Below, one piece after another: positions 48,738 through 57,011 of a stretch of 64,000 bases of DNA. Numbering within the stretch: position 1 is the stretch's first letter; each line of letters begins with the position of its first letter. Made by a program: the position numbers and the translations under genes. The notes below the pieces were generated by a model. The model was not told the DNA's origin, made no database searches, and worked only from the letters and a program-made list of their open reading frames with translations. The stretch is from positions 11,233-75,232 of the forward strand of contig PMJQ01000121.1 in assembly GCA_003157485.1 (NCBI GenBank), in the 5' to 3' direction. The DNA comes from Ignavibacteriota bacterium (GTDB taxonomy: Bacteria; Bacteroidota; Ignavibacteria; UBA10030; UBA6906).

Positions 48738-49277
48738 ATGAACAGGAAATTCATTGCGCTGATGATTATCGCCGTCCTTCCGCTGATGGCGTTCGACTGC
48801 ATCACAGATTTCAGCAGCGTCAACGTATCACTCAACCTGGCTCCAATTACCGCGACGGTCCCTTTGAACCAGAGTTCCGGCACGACGTATGGCGGGGTCA
48901 CACCACCCATTGATCTTTCGACTTTCTTTGACCAGAGCTATACCCTCACAGGCGCCACGCTATATGACCTGACCGTTCAGACAAAGGGCGAAGATCTGGG
49001 GACTGGTTCGGGGACTGTCACAATCACGGCCAACGGCACCACCACCACACTCTTCACCTATAACGGGGCGTGGACGGCATTCAACACCCCGCAATCCCTC
49101 ATCACCAGCTCGTTGATTACGAGGAACCCCTCCGGCGTCAACGCGCTCATCAATGCTGTCACCGGCCGGCAAAAAGTCACACTGGGAGTCAGCGGTACAA
49201 TCACGAAAGCGCCCAGTGTCAACAACACCGATTTCATCGCAGTGTCCATTTACGTGCAGGCTTCCGGCCACAAGTAG
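48738..49277 (+). CDS. Hypothetical small exported protein (Thr/Ser/Gly-rich)
   Basis: N-terminal hydrophobic segment FIALMIIAVLPLMAF. It is 59 nt downstream of the putative OMP, on the same strand. Confidence 0.4.
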   Translation: MNRKFIALMIIAVLPLMAFDCITDFSSVNVSLNLAPITATVPLNQSSGTTYGGVTPPIDLSTFFDQSYTLTGATLYDLTVQTKGEDLGTGSGTVTITANGTTTTLFTYNGAWTAFNTPQSLITSSLITRNPSGVNALINAVTGRQKVTLGVSGTITKAPSVNNTDFIAVSIYVQASGHK

Positions 49278-49301
49278 AAGCCGTCATCCTGCTGCATTTG
49301 C

Positions 49302-49331
49302 GCGCCGTGGAGCCGAAAGGCGCCACGGCGC
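49302..49331 (+). terminator. GC-rich hairpin with a GAAA tetraloop between the hypothetical gene and the rlmN promoter
   Basis: GCGCCGTGG-A-GCC GAAA GGC-G-CCACGGCGC, 12 bp with one A.G mismatch. No clean U-tract follows, so the terminator call is tentative. Confidence 0.35.
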
Positions 49332-49340
49332 TGCCGTCTG

Positions 49341-49369
49341 TTGCACAGGGTGTTCCTGTTTCGTAGATT
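49341..49369 (+). promoter_or_regulatory. Putative sigma70-type promoter TTGCAC-N17-TAGATT, 7 nt before ATG 49377 (leaderless rlmN)
   Basis: Read directly. The -10 hexamer TAGATT is the same as at 14793 and 56211(-). Confidence 0.5.
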
Positions 49370-49376
49370 ACCCGGT

Positions 49377-50528
49377 ATGACCGATAAACGGACGGATCTG
49401 CTTGGCAAGACGAAGGAGGAGCTCACGTCGTTTGTCCGTGCGATTGGCGAGCCTGCATACCGGGGTACACAGCTTTTTCACTGGATGTACGCCCGCGACG
49501 CGGCATCGTTCGGCGTCATGACCGATCTCGGAAAGGAATTCCGGAGCCGGCTCGACGCTTCCGCGCAGATCGGGGGTCCCGTGCTCCGGAAAAGCCGGCG
49601 CTCGGAGCGGGACGGAACCGCCAAGCTGCTCTTTACCCTTGCAGACGGCATGGAGGTGGAGAGTGTGCTCATACCTCCGTCGTCGTCGGTCCCGGACCGG
49701 GACGCGGATGACGAAGGGCGGCTGACACTCTGTGTCTCGACGCAGGCCGGCTGCCCGCTTGACTGTGCATTCTGCGCGACGGCGACGATGGGTTTCCGCC
49801 GGAACCTCACGCCCGGTGAAATCGTCGGCCAGGTGCTGGCGGCACGGCGGGAGACGGGGAAGAAGATCACGAACGTCGTCTTCATGGGGATGGGCGAACC
49901 CCTTCTCAACTATGACGCCGTCATGCGATCAACGGAGCTTCTCATTGCGGGAGCGGGGATCGCCGCCAGGAGGATCACGGTCTCCACCGCCGGCAGGGTG
50001 AAAGAAATCCGCAGGATGGCCGATGAGAATCGCAAGGTTAAACTCGCCGTCTCCCTCCACAGCGCCGTGGATGAGACGCGATCTCTGCTCATGCCGATAA
50101 ACAGGAAATTCGGGCTCCCGGCGCTTATGGACGCTGTGGAATACTACTACCGGAAAACGAAACAGGGCCTCACGTACGAGATGATATTCTTTCAGGGGGT
50201 CAACGACACGCCGGCGGACGTCAGGCGCCTTATCGCGCTGGCGCGCAGGGTACCGTCGAAGATCAACATCATTCCGTTTCACTCGATCGCCTTCACGCGC
50301 CCCGAAGGATTTGCAGCGTCGCTTGCGCCTTCCGCGCGCTTGGCGGAAATCGCCGATGAACTCCGGGGCGCGCACCTGACCGTGATGGTGCGGACAAGTG
50401 CGGGGGAAGACATCGAAGCGGCCTGCGGGCAGCTGGCGCTCGGCGGAGAGGCGCTTCCCCGGGGCGGGCACGCCGGGGCGGCACGGCAGGCCGGACGGGG
50501 CACCCACACACACAGCACAAAGGTCTGA
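49377..50528 (+). CDS. rlmN: 23S rRNA/tRNA (adenine-C2)-methyltransferase RlmN (radical SAM)
   Basis: YRGTQLFHWMY N-terminus, CPLDCAFCAT (CxxxCxxC), GMGEPLLN. Start trimmed to MTDKRTDLLG. Confidence 0.92.
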   Translation: MTDKRTDLLGKTKEELTSFVRAIGEPAYRGTQLFHWMYARDAASFGVMTDLGKEFRSRLDASAQIGGPVLRKSRRSERDGTAKLLFTLADGMEVESVLIPPSSSVPDRDADDEGRLTLCVSTQAGCPLDCAFCATATMGFRRNLTPGEIVGQVLAARRETGKKITNVVFMGMGEPLLNYDAVMRSTELLIAGAGIAARRITVSTAGRVKEIRRMADENRKVKLAVSLHSAVDETRSLLMPINRKFGLPALMDAVEYYYRKTKQGLTYEMIFFQGVNDTPADVRRLIALARRVPSKINIIPFHSIAFTRPEGFAASLAPSARLAEIADELRGAHLTVMVRTSAGEDIEAACGQLALGGEALPRGGHAGAARQAGRGTHTHSTKV

Positions 50529-50534
50529 CTGACA

Positions 50535-51191
50535 ATGCGTATACTTCTGTTCGGTCCGCCGGGAGTGGGGAAGGGAACCCAGGCAAAAATGCTCTCCGTT
50601 GAACTCGGCGTTCCTCATATCTCAACGGGCGACATGCTTCGCGCTGCGGTTGCTGGAGGAACGGAACTGGGACGTCGGGCCGGGAGAATCATGAATGACG
50701 GAAAACTCGTGCCTGACGAGATAATGATCGGCATCGTGCGCGAGGTCCTGGCCTCGCCCCGGGCTGCGGGCGGCTTTATCCTTGACGGATTTCCGCGGAC
50801 GCTCCCGCAGGCAAAGGCGCTCTCCCGCATATTCAAGGATCTTGATATCCACGACTTCAAGGTCGTCGACATCCGCGCCGATGACGAAGAAATCATCCGG
50901 CGCCTGTCCAGCAGGCTCGTCTGCCCCGCCGACGGGCACATCTTCAACGCCGAAACCGACGGCGTCGTCACGGGCGGGCCGTGCCCTCTCTGCGGCACGC
51001 CGCTTACGCAGCGCGATGACGACAGGGAACAGACCGTTCGCGAGAGGCTGAGGGTCTATCACAACACGACGGCGCCGGTCATCCATTATTACACGTCGAG
51101 TGGCGTCGTTCTCAGCGTCGACGGGACGGGATCGGTGGACGTCGTCAACAGGGAAATAAAACTCATGCTGCAAGATACGCATCCGGCGTGA
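50535..51191 (+). CDS. adk: Adenylate kinase (long form with Cys-containing LID)
   Basis: GPPGVGKGTQA P-loop, ISTGDMLR, LID segment CPADGH...CPLCG. Confidence 0.95.
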   Translation: MRILLFGPPGVGKGTQAKMLSVELGVPHISTGDMLRAAVAGGTELGRRAGRIMNDGKLVPDEIMIGIVREVLASPRAAGGFILDGFPRTLPQAKALSRIFKDLDIHDFKVVDIRADDEEIIRRLSSRLVCPADGHIFNAETDGVVTGGPCPLCGTPLTQRDDDREQTVRERLRVYHNTTAPVIHYYTSSGVVLSVDGTGSVDVVNREIKLMLQDTHPA

Positions 51192-51946
51192 ACGAGCCCG
51201 GAAGACACCGACCGCTTGTGGTGGCGCACCGGGGCAGTTCGGGATCCGCGCCCGAGAACACCATGGCGGCGTTCCGGCTCGCGGTTGCCGCCGGGGCGGA
51301 CATGATAGAACTCGATGTCCGCATGACCCGTGATTTCGAACTCGTTGTGCATCACGACCGGAGCCTCGGCCGCACCTCCGACGGCAGCGGCCGGATCTGG
51401 GATCTCTCGCTCCGGGATGTGCGCGAGGCCGATGCGGGCTCCTGGCATTCCCGGAAATTCGCCGGAGAACGGATCCCCACTCTCCGGCAGGTGCTCAATG
51501 AGATTCCCGTGTCCGTCGGACTCGATATCGAAGTGAAAACCGACGGCGACAGGCGGCGTGGGACCGCGCTGCCGGAGTCAGTCCTTTTGCTTGTCCGGGA
51601 GGCCCGGCGGGAAACGTCTGTTGTCGTTTCCTCATTTGACCACGGGTTCCTCCGCCGTCTCCACCGCCTCGATCCGGCACTTCGCATCGGAGCACTCGTC
51701 GTTCCCATCCGCGACGGATTCAAGTCCCCGTCTCAGATCGCACGGCGGACCGGCGCGAAGATGTTCATCTGCAGCCGCACACAACTCCGCGCGCGGCATG
51801 TCAGAGATGCCCGCAAAGCCGGACTCTTCGTCGCCGTTTACGGCGTGAACGCGGTTTCGGATCTTGCAAAGACCTCCCGCGCAGGAGTGGACGCCGTCAT
51901 CACGGACTATCCTGCACGGATCATCCGTGCCCTCAGGAGCGCATGA
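51188..51946 (+). CDS. Glycerophosphodiester phosphodiesterase family protein
   Basis: VAHRGSSGSAPENT and IELDV motifs of the GDPD family. GTGA overlap with adk. Confidence 0.85.
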   Translation: MNEPGRHRPLVVAHRGSSGSAPENTMAAFRLAVAAGADMIELDVRMTRDFELVVHHDRSLGRTSDGSGRIWDLSLRDVREADAGSWHSRKFAGERIPTLRQVLNEIPVSVGLDIEVKTDGDRRRGTALPESVLLLVREARRETSVVVSSFDHGFLRRLHRLDPALRIGALVVPIRDGFKSPSQIARRTGAKMFICSRTQLRARHVRDARKAGLFVAVYGVNAVSDLAKTSRAGVDAVITDYPARIIRALRSA

Positions 51947-51950
51947 CTCC

Positions 51951-54566
51951 ATGTCCCGAATCTCATTAGTGTTATTCCCAGCAGCCGCGCTCATCGCCGG
52001 CGCGCTCGGATGTGCGGGGTGCGGCTCGCAGAAATCGCCGGAGGAATTGCGGGCTGACAGCGCGCTGACCGCGGGAACAGCCGCGATCGCGCGGAACGAT
52101 CTCAGCGAGGGGAAGGAAAGAATCCTTACGGCCCTTCCGCTCGATGAGATGCTCAACCGCAGGACGCGGGTCGCGGAAGAGACGAGACTACTCGGGGACA
52201 TCGAATCGGCCCGGGGGTCGTTCGACAGCGCGTTCTCCTGGTACGGCGTCTCTTCGGACGATTTCAAGGGCCTGGCGGACCGGAACGGGGTTCGCGACAT
52301 CACGCTCCGCGTCGCCGCCCTCCGCCGCACCATGGGAGAAGAGCGGAAGGCGTTCACAATGTGCGTCGAGGCGCTCCGGCTTGCCCGCGTCTTCCACGAC
52401 GACGAAGGAGTTCGCGACATACAGTGGGCGATGCTCCCCTGCGTCCGCGCCCTCGATGAGAAAGAGGAAGAAGCGGATATCATTAAGGAGCTTCTGCAGG
52501 GTTACACCGCCGCCGGGGACGTCGGTCATCAGGCCGCGGTGTTCCTTGCCTGGGGTGACGGCAAATTTCTCCGCAGCTCGTTCGACAGGGCCGCGGAAGA
52601 CTACCTGCGCGCGCTCATGCTCGCGGATCAGGCGCGCGACTCGCTCCTGTCCGTGCGTGCGGCTCTCCGTCTCGCGATGGCGTTCGAGGGGGCGGGGAGG
52701 ATGCACGACGCGCTCGCAAATTACGCTGAATGCCTGAAGCGCGCAGACAGAACGCGCGGTGGAGCGGCGCTCCGGCTGGAGGCCCTGATGCGCGTGGGGA
52801 ATCTCTACCTCCGGGGGAGGCAGTTTGCGGAGGGGACCCGCTTTTTCAAGGCTGCACTTTTCTCGGCACATGCCACGGGGAACACCATCGCCGAAGGGTA
52901 CATTCTTCTCCAGATGGGAAACTGCGACGTCGAATCCTCCCGGGAATCGGCTCTACGAAGCTACAGGGCGGGGATGGAAATCTTCAAGGCAGCGGGATCC
53001 CCCACGGGGATGGCGTATTCGTTCCTCTGCATGGGGAACCTCTTCCTCAGAAACAATCAGCCGACGGACGCGCTGCAGTATTTCAAGAAAGGGATCGAAC
53101 AGAGCGAGGCCGTCTCCGCACCGCGCCCGGATGACGACATCACGCTTTCGTGCGAACAGGCGTACTTCGGCACCCGCCGGACGCCGCTGTACGACGAGAC
53201 GATCGACATCCTCCTTCAGCTCGGCAGGTACGATGAAGCGTTCTGGTATGCCGACCGGCGGAACAACAGGGAGCTGTACAGCATTCTCGGAGCGCTCGAC
53301 CCGCGGGTCCGCAACGACACGCTCCGCACTCTGCTGGATGCGTGCCGGGACGCACGTGCCCGGGAGGTCGGCGCGGAACGCCGGTGCACGGAAATCTCCG
53401 CCTCGGGAGGAAGCAGGACGGAGCGCGCAGCCGCCGCCCTTGCGGAACGTGAAACCTGGTTCGCCGCCATGAATGCAGCGGCCGAATCCGTCGTCAGAAA
53501 AGCGGCTGCGTTTGAGCCCTTCGTGCGCGTTGCGAGCGCGGGACTCACCGAAATCCAGAGACGGCTTCCCCCGGGGACGGCGCTCGTCGAGCATGTTGTG
53601 ACGCGCCGTTCACTCTACGCCTTCGTCGTCACGGGGGCGCGCTCCGGTGTGTATATTGCGGCATACGAGAAGGACAGGGTCTTCGATCTCTCAAGGGAAT
53701 TCGTCGACCTTCTCCGCCTCCGTGAGACCTACGCCGATTCCTCCGAACGCCAGCAGTCGGCCATCGACGCCCGCCTGCGCGAGCTCAACGCATCGCTGTA
53801 CGAGGCATTCATACAGCCCATTGAATCGGCGATTGCCGGCGTCCCGGATCTTCTCGTGGTCCTCCCCGGGGAGGCCTCGGGTCTTCCCCTGCATGCCCTC
53901 GCACGTCCCCTGCAGCGGACGGGAGGATTCGTCGCTGAGCAGCACGTCGTCAGCTACCTTTCATCCGCGAGCATGCTTCTCCTCCCTCGCCCGGGGAGCG
54001 TGCATGTCAAGGATGTCGTGGCGCTCGGCTGTCCCGGGAGAACATCCTGGGACGTCGAATATGAGCTGAGAGACATCAGGGCGTTTTACAAGGATGTCCG
54101 TCTCTATTTCGGCCAGCAGGCGTCGCTCGCGACGCTTCAGAAAGAGGAGGAAGACCTGCTCCATCTCGCAGTGCAGTTCCAGTTCAACGACCCGCGTCCG
54201 GGGAACTCCACGCTCGTTCTATCGGACGGAGAGTCCGTTGAATCCACGAAAAAGATACCGCTGGGGGAATTGCTCTCCCTTCCGCCCGTCCCCGCCGTCG
54301 TCGTATCAGACCTCGACGATCACCGGCTGGGAATCAGGCCGTCCGAGCCGTACCTGTTCCTGGCGAACGGGACGCAGAATGTCGTGTTTACATCGATGGT
54401 GCCGTCGCGCAAGGCGAAGAAGTTCTTCGGAGAAATATTGTACACCGCGCTTCTGGCCGGCGCGGACGTACGGTCCGCCTACCGGAAGGCGCAGATGGAG
54501 ATGATCGGAACGGGGGAATTCTCCGCGCCGCATTCGTGGGCGCCGTTTTTCCTCTGGGAACGCTAA
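51951..54566 (+). CDS. Exported TPR plus CHAT-domain protein. The CHAT catalytic His/Cys are apparently substituted.
   Basis: Start at MSRISLVLFPAAALIAGALGCAGC (signal or lipoprotein-like). TPR-like helical repeats. C-terminal CHAT pattern (LLHLAVQFQF.., AVVVSDLDD.., FLANGTQNVVFTSM.., HSWAPFFLW). Confidence 0.72.
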   Translation: MSRISLVLFPAAALIAGALGCAGCGSQKSPEELRADSALTAGTAAIARNDLSEGKERILTALPLDEMLNRRTRVAEETRLLGDIESARGSFDSAFSWYGVSSDDFKGLADRNGVRDITLRVAALRRTMGEERKAFTMCVEALRLARVFHDDEGVRDIQWAMLPCVRALDEKEEEADIIKELLQGYTAAGDVGHQAAVFLAWGDGKFLRSSFDRAAEDYLRALMLADQARDSLLSVRAALRLAMAFEGAGRMHDALANYAECLKRADRTRGGAALRLEALMRVGNLYLRGRQFAEGTRFFKAALFSAHATGNTIAEGYILLQMGNCDVESSRESALRSYRAGMEIFKAAGSPTGMAYSFLCMGNLFLRNNQPTDALQYFKKGIEQSEAVSAPRPDDDITLSCEQAYFGTRRTPLYDETIDILLQLGRYDEAFWYADRRNNRELYSILGALDPRVRNDTLRTLLDACRDARAREVGAERRCTEISASGGSRTERAAAALAERETWFAAMNAAAESVVRKAAAFEPFVRVASAGLTEIQRRLPPGTALVEHVVTRRSLYAFVVTGARSGVYIAAYEKDRVFDLSREFVDLLRLRETYADSSERQQSAIDARLRELNASLYEAFIQPIESAIAGVPDLLVVLPGEASGLPLHALARPLQRTGGFVAEQHVVSYLSSASMLLLPRPGSVHVKDVVALGCPGRTSWDVEYELRDIRAFYKDVRLYFGQQASLATLQKEEEDLLHLAVQFQFNDPRPGNSTLVLSDGESVESTKKIPLGELLSLPPVPAVVVSDLDDHRLGIRPSEPYLFLANGTQNVVFTSMVPSRKAKKFFGEILYTALLAGADVRSAYRKAQMEMIGTGEFSAPHSWAPFFLWER

Positions 54567-54605
54567 GGGAGGTGCGTCGTGCGGCGGAGGGGGGGGACGC
54601 AGCGC

Positions 54606-55493
54606 TCAGCGGCGGCGGATCCTCACGCTTCCGAGACCGGAATCGATCCTGATATTCATCTTTCCCGATGCGGAATAGTAATTCCCGCTCGTATACGCGT
54701 TATCCGCCGTCTCGCGGAAATCATCAGGTGTATCGACCTTCGATGCCCAGGTCTTGTCATACGTCACGCGTGCCCCGATGTCCCGGGGCAGGTACAAGGT
54801 AAGAACTCCGAGGCCTACTTCAATTTCGACGTCAACCTCCGAGGCGAGCGGCCCGCCGAAATCGAGCGTGTACGATCCCACCCCTCCCTGAAAGTGAAAG
54901 CGTTTGAAATTGGCGTTGCAGAGATTCCGTCCGTCGAACTTGCTCACGCCCGATTCGATGCTCAGGTTCTCGATCGATCCCCGGTTCGGCTCATCAAAGG
55001 CGAGCGACACATCGCTGGCGCCGGTCGAGAGGTTGAAGTCCTTCACCTGAAGACCGGTCAGATCGAAATCGCCCTTCCCGACGCCGAGCTCGATGTCAAA
55101 AGAGATCGGCACCGCATCGCTGAATTTCAGAAACCACTTTCCTCCCTCGAAGCTCGAGAGATGGAATCCGCCTCTCCTGCCGTTGTTATCGTGGCTCCCT
55201 TCACCCAGGGAAAGATCCATGAAGCCCACACGGTTTCGTATCGCGTAATCCATGTCGATCTTGGAGTCGCCGTTCTTCCCGGAAGCGCCCTCGATCGTCA
55301 GGATCTTCTCCGATTTGCCCCGTGAAATGAGGACGGACCCGAACGATGACGTGAGGGTCATCTTCAGCTCCTTTTCGGTCGTCCTCCCGACCTCCCGGCT
55401 GTTCCCGGTGTCCTGGGGGGGGGCACCCTGCGACGAGGTTGCCAGCGCGACCGCCAGTCCTGCGGATCCTATGAAAGTGCGGAGCCCGTTCAT
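54606..55493 (-). CDS. Secreted toast-rack / putative-adhesin-like beta-helix protein (DUF4097/DUF2154-like)
   Basis: Signal peptide, then reiterated short beta-strand units (FDIELGVGKGDFDLTGL, NLSTGASDVSLAF, LSIESGVSKFDG, VEIEVGLGVLTLYLP, IRIDSGLGSVRI). Confidence 0.55.
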   Translation of the reverse strand: MNGLRTFIGSAGLAVALATSSQGAPPQDTGNSREVGRTTEKELKMTLTSSFGSVLISRGKSEKILTIEGASGKNGDSKIDMDYAIRNRVGFMDLSLGEGSHDNNGRRGGFHLSSFEGGKWFLKFSDAVPISFDIELGVGKGDFDLTGLQVKDFNLSTGASDVSLAFDEPNRGSIENLSIESGVSKFDGRNLCNANFKRFHFQGGVGSYTLDFGGPLASEVDVEIEVGLGVLTLYLPRDIGARVTYDKTWASKVDTPDDFRETADNAYTSGNYYSASGKMNIRIDSGLGSVRIRRR

Positions 55494-55550
55494 ATCGTTC
55501 CCTGACCTCTACCGGAGTGTACGGGAAAATGGCGCGGGAGTTGCGGCGAG

Positions 55551-56201
55551 TCAGTAGTGACGGATTTTGCCTCTCAGCTGCTTGTACAGCAGCTCGCGGG
55601 CGCGGAAAATATGTGCTTTTACGGTTCCGATCGGGAGTTTCAGCATCTTCGCGATTTCCTCGTAGCTCCGCTCCTCCACGTGCCTGAGCCGGATTACGAG
55701 CCTGTATTTCTCGGGAAGCTGATCGATCGCCTCGTTCAGCATCACCGCCCGCTGGTCGCTGATAAGTTCCCGGTCCGCTTCGTACGAATCGTCCGGCAGC
55801 TCGAACGTAAAATCGCTGTCTTTCGACTCGATCGGTTTGTCGATAGAGAACATCTGGAGTTTCTTCTTCCGGATGTAGTCGATGCTGTTATTCGTCGCGA
55901 TCTTGTACAGCCATGTCGAAAAGGCGTATTCCTCGTTGAAGCTCTTCAACGACGCGAATGCCTTGATGAACGCCTCCTGGGTCAGATCCTCCACTTGCTC
56001 CCTGTCCCGCACCATCCTGTAGATGAAATTGAAAATCGCGTCGTGGTACTTGTCCATCAAACGCTGGTAGGCCCTGTCGTGACCCGCCAGGGCCTCGGCG
56101 ATGATGGTGGAATCCTCCGAACGTGAGTCGAGCTTGCGCTGGAGGAGGGGAGAGGATGATTTTACGCGGGCAGCCTTATGTGGCCGGGTCGGAGTGGACA
56201 T
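55551..56201 (-). CDS. Sigma-70 family (ECF-like) RNA polymerase sigma factor
   Basis: Region 2 (VEDLTQEAFIKAFASLKSFNEEYAFSTWLYKIATNNSIDYIRKK) and region 4 (RSYEEIAKMLKLPIGTVKAHIFRARELL). Confidence 0.85.
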   Translation of the reverse strand: MSTPTRPHKAARVKSSSPLLQRKLDSRSEDSTIIAEALAGHDRAYQRLMDKYHDAIFNFIYRMVRDREQVEDLTQEAFIKAFASLKSFNEEYAFSTWLYKIATNNSIDYIRKKKLQMFSIDKPIESKDSDFTFELPDDSYEADRELISDQRAVMLNEAIDQLPEKYRLVIRLRHVEERSYEEIAKMLKLPIGTVKAHIFRARELLYKQLRGKIRHY

Positions 56202-56210
56202 AGAATGAGA

Positions 56211-56239
56211 AATCTACAGAAACGGGGCCTCACTATCAA
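56211..56239 (-). promoter_or_regulatory. Putative sigma70-type promoter TTGATA-N17-TAGATT, 9 nt before ATG 56201
   Basis: Minus strand cTTGATAgtgaggccccgtttctgTAGATTtctcattctATG. Confidence 0.5.
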
Positions 56240-56252
56240 GACAACGTTTCCC

Positions 56253-56276
56253 GGCGCCTGCGGCGCCGCAGGCGCC
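56253..56276. repeat. Perfect 24-bp palindrome GGCGCC-TGC-GGCGCC-GCA-GGCGCC
   Basis: The sequence equals its own reverse complement. It lies between the two divergent promoters, 13 nt upstream of the sigma -35. Confidence 0.9.
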
Positions 56277-56338
56277 TCTCTCAGGCGGGGCCAACGTTGG
56301 CGGTACACGGCACTATCAGCGGGACGTGCGGGGCGAGG

Positions 56339-56367
56339 TTGATTCGGGATGTGAAAATAGCTATGTT
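56339..56367 (+). promoter_or_regulatory. Putative sigma70-type promoter TTGATT-N17-TATGTT, 5 nt before ATG 56373 (leaderless tmk)
   Basis: TTGATT 56339..56344, 17-nt spacer, TATGTT 56362..56367, GCACC, ATG. Confidence 0.5.
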
Positions 56368-56372
56368 GCACC

Positions 56373-57011
56373 ATGTTCCTGACATTTGAGGGAGTCGACT
56401 CGAGCGGCAAGACGACGCAGGCGGCCATTCTCGTCGAATTCCTGCGAGCGCGGGGTGACGCCCCCGTTCATTTCATCCGTGAGCCCGGCGGGACCGCGAT
56501 ATCCGAACGGCTCCGTGAGATCCTCCTCGACAGGAGCAATCTTGAACTGTCGGAGCTCACGGAGCTGTTTCTCTTCTCGGCAAGCCGTGCACAGCTCGTC
56601 TCCCAGGTGATCGTGCCGGCGCTGGCTCGTGGGGAGATCGTCGTATGCGACCGGTTTGCGGATTCGACGACGGCATACCAGGGGTACGGACGAGGCCTCG
56701 ATCTGGAAGCCGTCCGCAGGATTAACGGGGTGGCGACGGCGGGGACTGAGCCTGATCTCACCGTGCTCGTGGACATCACGGTCGGTGAAATCGAGGCGAG
56801 GAAGAATGCCGCAGGAGGGGCAAAGGACAGAATGGAGAGTGCGGGAAGGGAATTCTACGAGCGTGTGCGGAGGGGCTACCTGGCGATCGCGCGCGAGCAT
56901 CCGGAGAGATTTGTCGTCATCGACGGGATCCGCGGAGTAAATGACATCGCACAGGATATCCGCCGGGCGGTGGAACAACGATACGGGCAACCACACAGGG
57001 AGGAGAAGTGA
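56373..57011 (+). CDS. tmk: Thymidylate kinase
   Basis: FLTFEGVDSSGKTTQ P-loop, DRFADSTTAYQG. Confidence 0.92.
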   Translation: MFLTFEGVDSSGKTTQAAILVEFLRARGDAPVHFIREPGGTAISERLREILLDRSNLELSELTELFLFSASRAQLVSQVIVPALARGEIVVCDRFADSTTAYQGYGRGLDLEAVRRINGVATAGTEPDLTVLVDITVGEIEARKNAAGGAKDRMESAGREFYERVRRGYLAIAREHPERFVVIDGIRGVNDIAQDIRRAVEQRYGQPHREEK

